This document shows positions 15,114-24,400 of a stretch of DNA of 27,225 nucleotides, piece by piece. Numbering within the stretch: the stretch's first letter is position 1; each line of letters opens with the position of its first letter. A program made the position numbers and the translations under genes. This stretch comes from a virus (Duplodnaviria > Caudoviricetes). Location of the stretch: IMG/VR virus record IMGVR_UViG_3300027975_000014, positions 1-27,225 of that record. One strand, 5' to 3'. The notes below the pieces were generated by a model, which saw only the letters and a list, made by a program, of their open reading frames with translations, was not told the origin of the DNA and did not search any database.

Positions 15114-15227
15114 CCGTGCGTAGTGTGGCATGGGCCGCAATCAGGATCTCAAATCGATGCCAGCCATGGGGTGTAGGCTTCGAGTTTTCTCAAACTTGAA
15201 CCATCCCCACTCAAAAGGAGTGCTATC

Positions 15228-16259
15228 ATGGCCGTTGGTGTCGTTCGTATTTCGGACATCGTTGTTCCGGAAATCTTTTCCCCGTACTCGCAGCAACTCA
15301 CCGAAGAGAAGTCGCGTATCATCCAGTCCGGTGCGCTCACGCGCGACACGGCATTGGACAGTGCGCTCGCGGGTGGCGGCCTGACCTTCAATGAACCGTC
15401 GTTCAAGGATCTCGACAACGATGCCGAGAACGTGAGCACGGATGACCCGGGCACCTCCAGCTCGCCGAACAAGCTCGGCACGCTGACGGAAATCCAGGTC
15501 CGCCTGTCGCGGAACAACTCGTGGTCGAGCATGGACCTCGCTGGCGACCTCGCCGGTGCGGACCCCATGAACGCGATCGCGACCCGCGTCAGTGCGTACT
15601 GGACCCGCCGCCTCCAGGCTGCGTTCGTCGCAACGATGAAGGGCGTCTTCGCGGACAACGCTGCGGCCCCGACCGGGACCGAGCACGTTCAGGATGACAT
15701 GACGCACGACATCTCGGGCGCTGGCTTCGTGGACGGCACGACCAACTTCAGCGCGGAGGCGTTCATCGACGCCACGCTGACGATGGGCGACAGCATGGGC
15801 GACCTGTCGTTGATTCTGCTGCACTCGATCGTCTACGGTCGCATGCAGAAGAACAACCTGATCGACTTCATCCCGGACGCGCGCGGCGAGATCATGATCC
15901 CGACGTTCCTCGGCCGCGAAGTGGTCGTGGACGACGGTGTCCCGTTCAGCGGCGGCATCTTCGAGTCGTGGCTGTTCGGTCGCGGTGCGGTGCGCGGTGG
16001 CATGGGTTCGCCCAAGGTGCCGACCGAAGTGTACCGTGCGCCGGCTGCCGGTAACGGCTCGGGTCAGGACGTGCTGCACAACCGCGTCGAGTGGTGCATG
16101 CATCCGGTCGGCCACAAGTACGCTGTGGCGAGCCCGGCTGCGGGTGGCCCGTCCAACGCGGCGACTGCGGGTAACCTCGCCCACGTCGACAGCTGGCAGC
16201 GTGTGTTCCCGGAACGCAAGCAGATCAAGATCGCGCGCCTCATCACGCGCGAGTTCTAG
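15228..16259 (+). CDS. Major capsid protein (SPP1 gp13-like)
   Basis: N-terminus 'RISDIVVPEIFSPY...IIQSG...GGGLTFNEPSFKDLD' recalls the SPP1 coat family; 'FLGREVVVDDGVP'; strong codon bias; AAGGAG RBS. Confidence 0.92.
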   Translation: MAVGVVRISDIVVPEIFSPYSQQLTEEKSRIIQSGALTRDTALDSALAGGGLTFNEPSFKDLDNDAENVSTDDPGTSSSPNKLGTLTEIQVRLSRNNSWSSMDLAGDLAGADPMNAIATRVSAYWTRRLQAAFVATMKGVFADNAAAPTGTEHVQDDMTHDISGAGFVDGTTNFSAEAFIDATLTMGDSMGDLSLILLHSIVYGRMQKNNLIDFIPDARGEIMIPTFLGREVVVDDGVPFSGGIFESWLFGRGAVRGGMGSPKVPTEVYRAPAAGNGSGQDVLHNRVEWCMHPVGHKYAVASPAAGGPSNAATAGNLAHVDSWQRVFPERKQIKIARLITREF

Positions 16260-16277
16260 TCTGCGCTGACGACCCAA

Positions 16278-16312
16278 CCGAAGGGGGCAGCAATGTCGCT
16301 GCCCCCGTTCGG
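16278..16312 (+). terminator. GC-rich hairpin after the capsid gene (weak terminator or mRNA stabiliser)
   Basis: CCGAA-GGGGGCAGC-aatgtc-GCTGCCCCC-g-TTCGG; only CTTGT follows, no true U-tract. Confidence 0.55.
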
Positions 16313-16334
16313 CTTGTAAACCTCGGAGAAGTAA

Positions 16335-16973
16335 ATGACCACTCCTGCCCAGATCAGCGCTGCACTTGTCAAGCTCGAAGTTGGAAACGACAACCATTGG
16401 ACGGGCGACGGCCTGCCCCGACTCGAGACGGTGCGCTTGCTGGCAGGTGACCAGAACATCACGCGCGAGGCCCTTACCCTCGCGTCCCCCGGATTCTCGC
16501 GTGCAAGCGCTTACGCTGCCGCACAGGGTAACCCCTCACCAACCCCCGACCCCGCACCGATCGCAGCGCCTGCGACCCCTGCGGCGGTTACAGCCCCCGA
16601 AACAGGGGGCGACGAAGCTGCCCCCGACGAGGGTGCGGACGAGCTCGCTGCTGCCCAGGCTGTTCTCGCAGAATTGCGAAAAGTCAAGGCGGATGCGGAC
16701 AGTGCTTACGCCGCGCAGGTTGCTGCGGTGGACTTGCTGATTCTTGCCCGGGAAAAGACCGGCGCAGCGCTGCAAAGCACCCCGCTGGCGATCCAGCAGT
16801 ACCTCGCTGCACAGCGCGGCAACCTGCAAGCACGCGGCCAACAGATTATGAAAGCCCGTGCGTTCGAGAAGGAATCGGGCGTCAAGCTTGCAGACCTCGT
16901 TCCCAAGCGTGCGCCAATCGACGTTGCAATGGCGCGCAAGAACTCGCGCGGTTCCAGCCGCCCGGGCAGGTAA
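16335..16973 (+). CDS. Hypothetical head-module protein (212 aa) with a Pro/Ala-rich linker
   Basis: GGAG RBS; 'DNHWTGDGLPRL' N-domain, PAPIAAPATPAA linker, helical C-domain. Confidence 0.75.
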   Translation: MTTPAQISAALVKLEVGNDNHWTGDGLPRLETVRLLAGDQNITREALTLASPGFSRASAYAAAQGNPSPTPDPAPIAAPATPAAVTAPETGGDEAAPDEGADELAAAQAVLAELRKVKADADSAYAAQVAAVDLLILAREKTGAALQSTPLAIQQYLAAQRGNLQARGQQIMKARAFEKESGVKLADLVPKRAPIDVAMARKNSRGSSRPGR

Positions 16974-16982
16974 GGAGTCGCA

Positions 16983-17324
16983 ATGACGCCTGCACAACTC
17001 CTCCAAGCGCAGCGCAAGCGGAAGGAACGTGCAGCCGTCTCAGCGTTTGCTTCGCTAATCGCTTCCCCCGCTGCGGACCAGTTCACGATGCGCGCTAGCG
17101 CGCGTGTCCGCTTGGTGTCGCTTGCCGGGTGCGCTGCCGGCACGACTGCTGCTGTCTTGACAGGGGCAACCGTCCGCACCATTCAAACCCCACTGCTCAC
17201 CGCAGGCGGGTCCGTGCGCTTGGACCAGATAGAGGTCGACACTGTGGTCAACCCCTCTGCTGGCTTCCGCGTCGACCTCGACTGCGGTTACGGTGTCTGG
17301 CGTCCCATTGCAACGGGTGCGTGA
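16983..17324 (+). CDS. Hypothetical protein (113 aa)
   Basis: TAAGGAG RBS; TGATG coupling to the next gene. Confidence 0.7.
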   Translation: MTPAQLLQAQRKRKERAAVSAFASLIASPAADQFTMRASARVRLVSLAGCAAGTTAAVLTGATVRTIQTPLLTAGGSVRLDQIEVDTVVNPSAGFRVDLDCGYGVWRPIATGA

Positions 17325-17821
17325 TGGCATTCACAGTTGAAGACGGCACAGGGTTAACCACAAGCAACGCGCTCATCGACGTTGCTTTTGCGGACGCTTA
17401 CTTCGCGGACCGGGGCATCGCAGCTTGGACAGGTGACAATACAACCGTCAAGCAACCCGCGATCATCCGTGCCACGGACTACCTGTGCAACCGCTTCACC
17501 TTCATTGGTGAGCTCTACAGCGAAGACCAAGCGCTCGCCTTCCCGCGGACGTACGACTACCTCGAAGCTCCCGAGATGCCTGTCAAGATGAAACAGGCGG
17601 TCGCGGAGTATGCGCTGCGTGCTTTGACGCAAACGCTTGCCCCGGACCCCGTTGTCTCGGACACGGGCGGACAGGTAATCGAGAAGCGCGAAAAGCTCGG
17701 ACCGCTCGAGGAGCAAACGAGATACGCTGAAGGTGTTGCCAACGCAGTGCTTCGGCCTTACCCTGCTGCCGACATGCTTTTGCGGGGGCTTGTTGATAAC
17801 ACGCGCAGGGTGATCCGGTAA
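17324..17821 (+). CDS. Head-tail adaptor (DnaT-like annotated phage family), 165 aa
   Basis: Probable start ATG 17324; 'VEDGTG...ADAYFADRG...W...AIIRATDYL...QALAFPR...P..MKQAVAEYAL'. Confidence 0.82.
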   Translation: MAFTVEDGTGLTTSNALIDVAFADAYFADRGIAAWTGDNTTVKQPAIIRATDYLCNRFTFIGELYSEDQALAFPRTYDYLEAPEMPVKMKQAVAEYALRALTQTLAPDPVVSDTGGQVIEKREKLGPLEEQTRYAEGVANAVLRPYPAADMLLRGLVDNTRRVIR

Positions 17822-18201
17822 TGGATTACGCAAGCGCAGCAGCGCTCGCGCAAAGGCTGATTGAAAAGAACGGTCGACTGACGAGCTTTGAACGGCTTGA
17901 GTCTGCCGTAGCGGATGTCGACAAACCGTGGAAGGGTGCAGGCTCTCCCTCGGTTGCGGAAACGGTTGAACAACGTGCGGTCTTCCTGCCCCATTCGGGC
18001 GTGGATGATCTTGGCAAGTACCTTGCTGACGACGAGTTGCTGAGACGGTGTGAACAGGTGCTAATGACCTTCGTGGGAACAGCAGACCTCACAACCTTCC
18101 AGCGTGTGCTCGACAGCGGTACAGCTTGGAAGATTAACTGGACGAGGGAGTTGAAGCCTGGTCCGACGAGCTTGCTGTACGTGATGGGAGTGAGCAGGTG
18201 A
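17821..18201 (+). CDS. Head closure / head-tail joining protein
   Basis: 'MDY...AQRLIEKNGR' N-terminus; position after the adaptor; TAATG coupling. Confidence 0.65.
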   Translation: MDYASAAALAQRLIEKNGRLTSFERLESAVADVDKPWKGAGSPSVAETVEQRAVFLPHSGVDDLGKYLADDELLRRCEQVLMTFVGTADLTTFQRVLDSGTAWKINWTRELKPGPTSLLYVMGVSR

Positions 18202-18599
18202 CGTTTGATGAAGCACGCGACGCGATGCTCGCAGCCTTCAAGGCTGCATGGGATCCTCGCGTAGCGCTTTATGCAGACGTCCCCGGCGAGCCGCCTACCG
18301 ACTCGGTAGTGTGGGCTCGGGTTAAGGTGTTGCACGCTGTAGGGCGGCAGGGGTCGCTTACAGGTGGGCTCGGGACCGTTAAGTACGAGCGCCAAGGAAT
18401 TTTGTGGATACAGGTCTTTTCTCCTGTTGGTGACGGGAACAAGGCCGGATACGATGCCGCGCAGTGTTTGGTGAATGCTTACCAAGCTGCACGGGGTAGC
18501 ATCTGGTATCGGAACATCCGTATGGACGAGATGGGCACCGATGGCGCCTTCGAACGGTTCGACGTCAAAGCGGATTTCGAATACACAGATGTGAGGTGA
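18198..18599 (+). CDS. Tail terminator / tail completion protein
   Basis: 'WARV', 'GILWIQVFSPVGDG' motifs; immediately before the tail tube gene. Confidence 0.75.
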   Translation: MTFDEARDAMLAAFKAAWDPRVALYADVPGEPPTDSVVWARVKVLHAVGRQGSLTGGLGTVKYERQGILWIQVFSPVGDGNKAGYDAAQCLVNAYQAARGSIWYRNIRMDEMGTDGAFERFDVKADFEYTDVR

Positions 18600-18602
18600 T
18601 TT

Positions 18603-20120
18603 ATGGCTGACAAAATTGATAGCAATGTCACCGGACTGCGGTTCGCCGAGGAGTCGTCCCTCAAGACGCTTCCGGGCTCCCCTGTCTGGTATCCGCTGGA
18701 GCCGAACAGCTACAGCGATTTCGGTGGACAGCTCGCGACCATCGCGCGCAATCCCATCAACCCGTCGCGCCAGCGCAAGAAGGGCGTCATTACCGACCTC
18801 GATGCGAGCGGTGGGTTCAATCAGGACTTGACGTTCAACAACACGACCCGCCTCATGCAGGGTTTCTTCTTCGCAGCGATGCGCGAGAAGTTCACGACGC
18901 AGACGCTGAACTCAGCTGCTGTGGTCATGACCTCCATCACCGCAGCGAACGACGACTACACCGCAGCGTCCGGTCTGCTCGGGTTGGTCTCCGGTGACCT
19001 GCTGTTCGCGGAAGGCTTCGGCGTTGCAGCGAACAACGGTCTCAAGACTTGCAACCTGACGTCAACCGCAAACGCTCTTAGTGTCAGCGACTCGTTGGCG
19101 GACGAAGCTTCCCCTCCGGCAGCAGCGAAAGTCACCCTCGTGGGTCGCCAGTTCGCGTCTGGGGATCTCAGCATCGTGATGAACGGTACGCTGGCCCGGC
19201 TGACCAGTCTGGCAGTGACCATGACCACACTGCCGCTCATCGTGGGCGAGTGGGTGTTCGTCGGCGGTGACCTTGCCGGTGAACAGTTCGCGCTCAATGC
19301 GCCGGGCTTCGCACGCATCAAAACCATCGCCGCCACGTACATCGAGTTCGACAAGACGACGTGGGCGCCGGTTGCTGACGCGGGTGCAGCGAAGACGATC
19401 CGCCTGTTCTACGGCTCGGTCCTGAAGAACGAGAGCGACCCGAACCTCATCGTCCGCCGCACGTACAACGTGGAGCGCACGTTGGGCCTCGACGCCAACG
19501 GCACGATGTCGGAATACCTCGTGGGTGCAGTACCCAACGAGCTGACCATCAACATCGCCCAGGCGGACAAGGTGACGATGGACCTGTCGTTCGTGGCCTG
19601 CGACAACGAGCAGCGCACCGGGCTCACGGGTGTGAAGAGCGGCACGCGCCCCACACTCGTCGCTCAGGACGCTTACAATACGAGCAGCGACTTCGCCCGT
19701 ATTAAGCTGGCAACCGTCAGCGACGATACGGACATTGCCCCGCTGTTCGCGTTCGCGACCGAAGTCACGCTCACCATCAATAACAACGTGTCGCCCAACA
19801 AGGCGGTCGGTGTGTTGGGTGCGTTCGACACGAGCGCGGGAACGTTCGAAGTGGGCGGCGCGATCGAAGCGTACTTCGCCAGCATTGACGCAGTGCAGGC
19901 CGTGCGGAACAACAGCGACATCACCCTCGACATCATTTTGTCGAAGGGTAACAAGGGGCTCATCCTCGATGTGCCGTTGCTGTCGCTCGGTGACGGTCGA
20001 CTGAACGTCGAGCAGGACCAGGCGATCAAGCTGCCCCTCGAGAACATGGCAGCGGAGTCGAGCTTCGGCCATACGCTGCTGTTCCAGAGCTTCCCGTACT
20101 TGCCGACTGTCGCCGCGTGA
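18603..20120 (+). CDS. Major tail tube protein (505 aa, with an inserted accessory domain)
   Basis: 'IDSNVTGLRFAEE', 'LEPNSYSDFG', 'RQRKKG', 'LTINNN', 'FEVGGAIEAYF'; GAGGT RBS; strong codon bias; precedes the chaperones. Confidence 0.85.
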   Translation: MADKIDSNVTGLRFAEESSLKTLPGSPVWYPLEPNSYSDFGGQLATIARNPINPSRQRKKGVITDLDASGGFNQDLTFNNTTRLMQGFFFAAMREKFTTQTLNSAAVVMTSITAANDDYTAASGLLGLVSGDLLFAEGFGVAANNGLKTCNLTSTANALSVSDSLADEASPPAAAKVTLVGRQFASGDLSIVMNGTLARLTSLAVTMTTLPLIVGEWVFVGGDLAGEQFALNAPGFARIKTIAATYIEFDKTTWAPVADAGAAKTIRLFYGSVLKNESDPNLIVRRTYNVERTLGLDANGTMSEYLVGAVPNELTINIAQADKVTMDLSFVACDNEQRTGLTGVKSGTRPTLVAQDAYNTSSDFARIKLATVSDDTDIAPLFAFATEVTLTINNNVSPNKAVGVLGAFDTSAGTFEVGGAIEAYFASIDAVQAVRNNSDITLDIILSKGNKGLILDVPLLSLGDGRLNVEQDQAIKLPLENMAAESSFGHTLLFQSFPYLPTVAA

Positions 20121-20125
20121 TGGTA

Positions 20126-20159
20126 GTGTGCGGGGTGAGTTGAACCTCACCCCGCATAC
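20126..20159 (+). terminator. 14-bp hairpin after the tail tube gene (stabiliser/attenuator)
   Basis: GTGTGCGGGGTGAG-ttgaac-CTCACCCCGCATAC; no U-tract. Confidence 0.55.
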
Positions 20160-20181
20160 CCTATCAACACAAGGTGACAGC

Positions 20182-20625
20182 ATGAGCCTTTTCAAACAGT
20201 TCGAAACCGATCCCACGCTCGAGAAATCGGGCATCATTGCGGATTACGGTCCGAACAAGGACTTGCCGGTTAACGAGCAAGGCGAGCACCCTTCGATTCA
20301 GTTTCGCCTCGCACGCGCCGGTGGCGCCAACGAGACGTACACGAAGCGCTTGGAGGTGCTGGCGAAGAAGCACCGTCGCGCAATCCAGAACGACATGATC
20401 GAGACTGCGGTGCTTATGAGCATGACGCAGCAAGCGTTCGTGGACACTGTGCTCCTCGGATGGGACAACGTAACCGATCGTGATGGCAAGCTGCTCCCGT
20501 TCACGCGGGAAAACGCCACTGCACTGTTTAAGCAACTCCCCGACCTGTTCAACGATTTGCAGGAGCAGTCGAACAAGGCTGCGCTGTTCCGCGTTGAGCT
20601 ACGGGAAGCCGACGCGGGAAACTGA
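20182..20625 (+). CDS. Tail assembly chaperone (gpG-like), 147 aa
   Basis: ATG 20182 with AAGGT RBS; 'LARAGGAN', 'VLLGWDNV', 'LPDLF'; ends ...GCG GGA AAC TGA. Confidence 0.85.
   Translation: MSLFKQFETDPTLEKSGIIADYGPNKDLPVNEQGEHPSIQFRLARAGGANETYTKRLEVLAKKHRRAIQNDMIETAVLMSMTQQAFVDTVLLGWDNVTDRDGKLLPFTRENATALFKQLPDLFNDLQEQSNKAALFRVELREADAGN
20616..20622 (+). other. Programmed -1 ribosomal frameshift site G GGA AAC
   Basis: X XXY YYZ heptamer in phase just before the stop; the -1 frame is open from 20622 to 20960. Confidence 0.85.
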
Positions 20626-20960
20626 AAACGGTCCTTCTGTACTTCCTTGAACAGGGGCCGACTGAGAAGGCAATTATCCAAGCGTGCATGCGGGACAGGC
20701 AACCCCTCCCCGCACGCATTGCAAACGCACCAGATATCTGGCTCGGCTTGGAGATGTATTACAGCGCGTTCCTGGACCTGACAACGTGTAGGCCGCAGGG
20801 GATGACGGAAGGACCGATCAGCTGGATGACGATTGCAGAGTATGCGGACCGGAAGGAACTAAGAGGGGCGCAGCGCGAAGACCTGTTTTATTTTATAGCT
20901 CATCTCGACGCAGTGTACTTGGATCACAAGACTAAGAAGCTCGAGGCGAAAACGAAATGA
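20622..20960 (+). CDS. Frameshift extension of the tail chaperone (gpGT-like, ~259 aa fusion)
   Basis: LKTVLLYFLEQG...continues into ORF 20688..20960 ('AFLDLTTCR...GPISW..I..YA...LDAVYL'). Confidence 0.8.
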   Translation: MKTVLLYFLEQGPTEKAIIQACMRDRQPLPARIANAPDIWLGLEMYYSAFLDLTTCRPQGMTEGPISWMTIAEYADRKELRGAQREDLFYFIAHLDAVYLDHKTKKLEAKTK

Positions 20961-20968
20961 GGTGAACG

Positions 20969-21418
20969 GTGGCCAGTGCCCCGGAGTTTGCGAGACGGAT
21001 GAAAAAGGTTGGTGAGCGTATCGAAAGGAACGCTGACCGCCTGGTGCGTAAGTGCGCGCTCGCTGTGGATGCCACCGTCGTTCTCGCAACCCCTGTTGAC
21101 ACTGGTCGCGCCCGTTCAAACTGGCAGGTCGAGCTCAACGGTCCCAACCTAAGCACGCGCGAGCCCTACGTGCCGGGCAGCAAGCGCAGCACCGAGGGTG
21201 AGAACTCCCGTGCTGCGTTGGACCAAGGCAAGGCCGTTGTGGCGCAGTACAAAGGAGGGGTAAACGCCTCCATCCACATCACGAACAACCTGTCTTATAT
21301 CGGCAAGCTCAACGAGGGATTCTCTGCGCAAGCCCCTTCCGGCTTCGTGGAGAAGGCGGTGATGGTTGGTGTTCGCGTTGTCAAAAATGCTAGGGTTACG
21401 AGGACCGTCGGACCATGA
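20969..21418 (+). CDS. HK97 gp10-like neck/tail completion protein
   Basis: 'TPVDTGRARSNW', 'TNNLSYIGKLNEGFSAQAPSGFVE'; GTG start with GAGGT RBS. Confidence 0.85.
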   Translation: MASAPEFARRMKKVGERIERNADRLVRKCALAVDATVVLATPVDTGRARSNWQVELNGPNLSTREPYVPGSKRSTEGENSRAALDQGKAVVAQYKGGVNASIHITNNLSYIGKLNEGFSAQAPSGFVEKAVMVGVRVVKNARVTRTVGP

Positions 21419-24400
21419 CTGTTGAACGCATTGACATTCAAATCCGTGAAGACGGTTCCCGTGTGGTCAAGCGCAATATCGAGTCCATCGGTACAACCGC
21501 GAAAGCTTCTGCTACAGGCGTGAACATACTGAAGAGCGCCCTGCTAGGCCTGGGTTCGCTGCTCGCTCTCAACGAATTGCGCAAGTATGCGGACGCATGG
21601 TCAGCCGTCAACGGCATGGTGCGCGTCGCCACCGCTAGCACGCAAGAAGCCACTGCTGTCATGGACGAACTTTTCAAAGTTTCCCAGAAGACGAGGCAAG
21701 GCGTCGTTGACATGGTCGAGCTCTACAGTCGCCTCGCGATTGCAGGCAGGGAAGTGGGCGCCTCGCAAGCAGACCTTATCAAGTTCACGGAAAACATCGG
21801 CAAGACACTAGCCTTCAGCAATAGAACAACGGATCAAGCACGCGGCGCACTGCTGCAACTTGGCCAAGCAGTTGGCGGAGTCCTAGTACGGGCAGAAGAA
21901 TTCAACTCTATCCTTGAAGGTGCTCCCGCGATCTTACAAATCGCTGCTAACAACATTGACGAGGCGGGTGGCAGCATTATCCGTCTGCGACAAATTATGA
22001 TTCAGGAAAGGTTGACTTCAAAGATGTTCTTTGAAGCAATCATGGCGGGTACGGACGAGATCAATGCAAAGTTCTCCAAGTCAGCTTTCACGATCGGACA
22101 GTCGTTCATCATCATCCGAAACGCATTCACGAAATGGATTGGTGAAGCGGATGCTGCAATAGGTATCAGCAACGCAATCGGAAAAGCTGCGCGGTACATT
22201 TCCGACAACATGAGCGACCTGCTGGATACCATCGTCAGGTTGACCAAGACCGTGGCCGTTGCTGCGGTAGCGTATGGAGCCTTCTTGCTGGCAATGAAGG
22301 TCAACGCCATTGTCGAATCTGCGAAAGCATTCCTTGGGCTTACCGCAGCAGTCGCCTCGGGCAATGTGGTCATGCTTGGAAGTGCAGCAGCGAACAGCCA
22401 GAAAGCGATCGCGGTGCTAGCGTCTGCTGAAGCGGACCGTGCTGCGGTTATCGCTGCGACGCTGAAGGCTGACGCAGAAGGAGCGGGGATTATCCTGACG
22501 ACTCGGGCAGCGGTTGCTAACGCTGCCGCCGCAGCGGACCGCATCCGATGGTCGCAGGCGCAGCTTGTGTCCGAGCGCGAGTTGGAAATCGTCCGCATGA
22601 AGGCCCAGATAAGCGACATCGGTCGCATGCAGTCCGCCACGCGGCTTGCGGGTATCCGCACGTCCGAACTGGCGATGACCAAGCTGCTGACCACAGCGGA
22701 AGCGGAGCTCACTGCGGCGAAGGCTGCCGCAAGCGCTGCAAGCTCAGCACAGCTTGCTAGGGCAACGCAGCAGTCGGCAGCGCTAGCAGCAGCGGGTGCC
22801 AACGTTGCAGCGGCACAGGCTGCGGTAGCGACCACAGGGGCAGCGGCAGCGGGTACGACTACCGTGTTCGGGCAAGCCATGCTGTTCCTGCGCAATATGT
22901 TGAACTCGGTCTACACACGGGTTGTCGCCCTGTTCGTCTTGATTAACGCGCACCCATTCGTCGCGCTAGCAACCGCAATCATTGCCACGATTGGTGTGCT
23001 TGTGGTATGGGGCGACAAGCTGAACGCTGGCGTTGACGACCTGACCACAATGAAGGACGTTGCGCTTGCGGTGTGGGAGCAGATACGGGCAGGCTTGCTT
23101 GGGCTGTACGGAATCCTGAACGACGTGTTCGGAGGCATCCTGTCGGTCATTGGTAACGTGCTGACGACCATTACAGCCGTCACCGCCGAACAGATTAAGG
23201 CGTGGCTGTCCTACTTCGACGGGTTCTACGACGGGGTTGGCAAAGGCTTTGCAGGGGTTGCCCGGAGCGTAGCACGCACCATGGACGCGATCGCAGGGTT
23301 GCTGACAGGCCTGGGCATCGGTGTGGTCAGAGCGTTTGCAGGCATCCCGGGCGCGATCAGCGAAATGTTCAAGCGCACATACAACGTCGTCATCGGCATT
23401 GTGGAGAAGCTTGTCAACGTTGTGGTTGACGGTGTCAACGTCATGCGTGACGCGGTAGGCATGTCGCTCATCGAGGTTGTGCAATTCGAGCGCATGGAAG
23501 TCGACAAAACGTTCTTCGAGGACTACGGCAAGAACATTGCTAACTCCATCAACGACGGGTTCACGCAGCAGGGTGGCTTCCTCGAGGGTTGGGTTGACGG
23601 TGTGCTGAAGCGTGCGCAAGAGATTGCGCGTGACCGTGCGCCGCTGGAAGACATTAAAGTCGACCTCAACCGCAAGCCGCTTCCGCTGCCCCCGTTGGCA
23701 GGAAAGCCCGACCCGAACGCGGACAAAGCGCTTCGCCGCCTCAAGGAATCACTGCAAAGCCTGCTGAACCAGATTGCACCGATCGAAGGGGCAATGATGG
23801 AGATGGCAGCCGCAGTTGAAACTCTGGACGCGGCGCGCAGGAAGGGGCTCATCACCGCTGAGCAGGAGGGTCGTTACCTCGAGCTCCTCAGTCGTTATTA
23901 CATGGACATCCTGAACCCACTCGGCGCAATGAACCGCGAGATCGACCAACAGACTGCGCTGTTAGGCATGAGCGCTGCTGCGCGCGAGGTCGAGGGGCAG
24001 GTGCTCGAGGCGACGAAGGAGTTGCTGAAACAAGGTATCATGCTGACCAAGGAAGAGACGCAAGCGCTGCGCGACAAGCTCACAACGCTGCAAGAGCTCA
24101 ACCGCATCACGCAGGTCCAGGACGAGATACTTGCCAACAGCGTAGGCGCCCGGCAAGCGTACATCGACCAGTTGACCGCGATCAACAAGCTGCTGGCGGA
24201 GGGGCAAATCACGAAGGGTGACGCCACTGCGCAAATGATGCAGAGCACTCCGGAACTGTTCGAGGGTACGCAGGAAGCAATCGACCTCCAGATTGAACGC
24301 TTCCGGTATATGTACGAGCAGATCGACCTCATGCGGCAAAAGGATTTGATTAGCGACGCAACCGCTGAGCAGATGCGCGCGAAGGTGGCGAATCAGCAGT

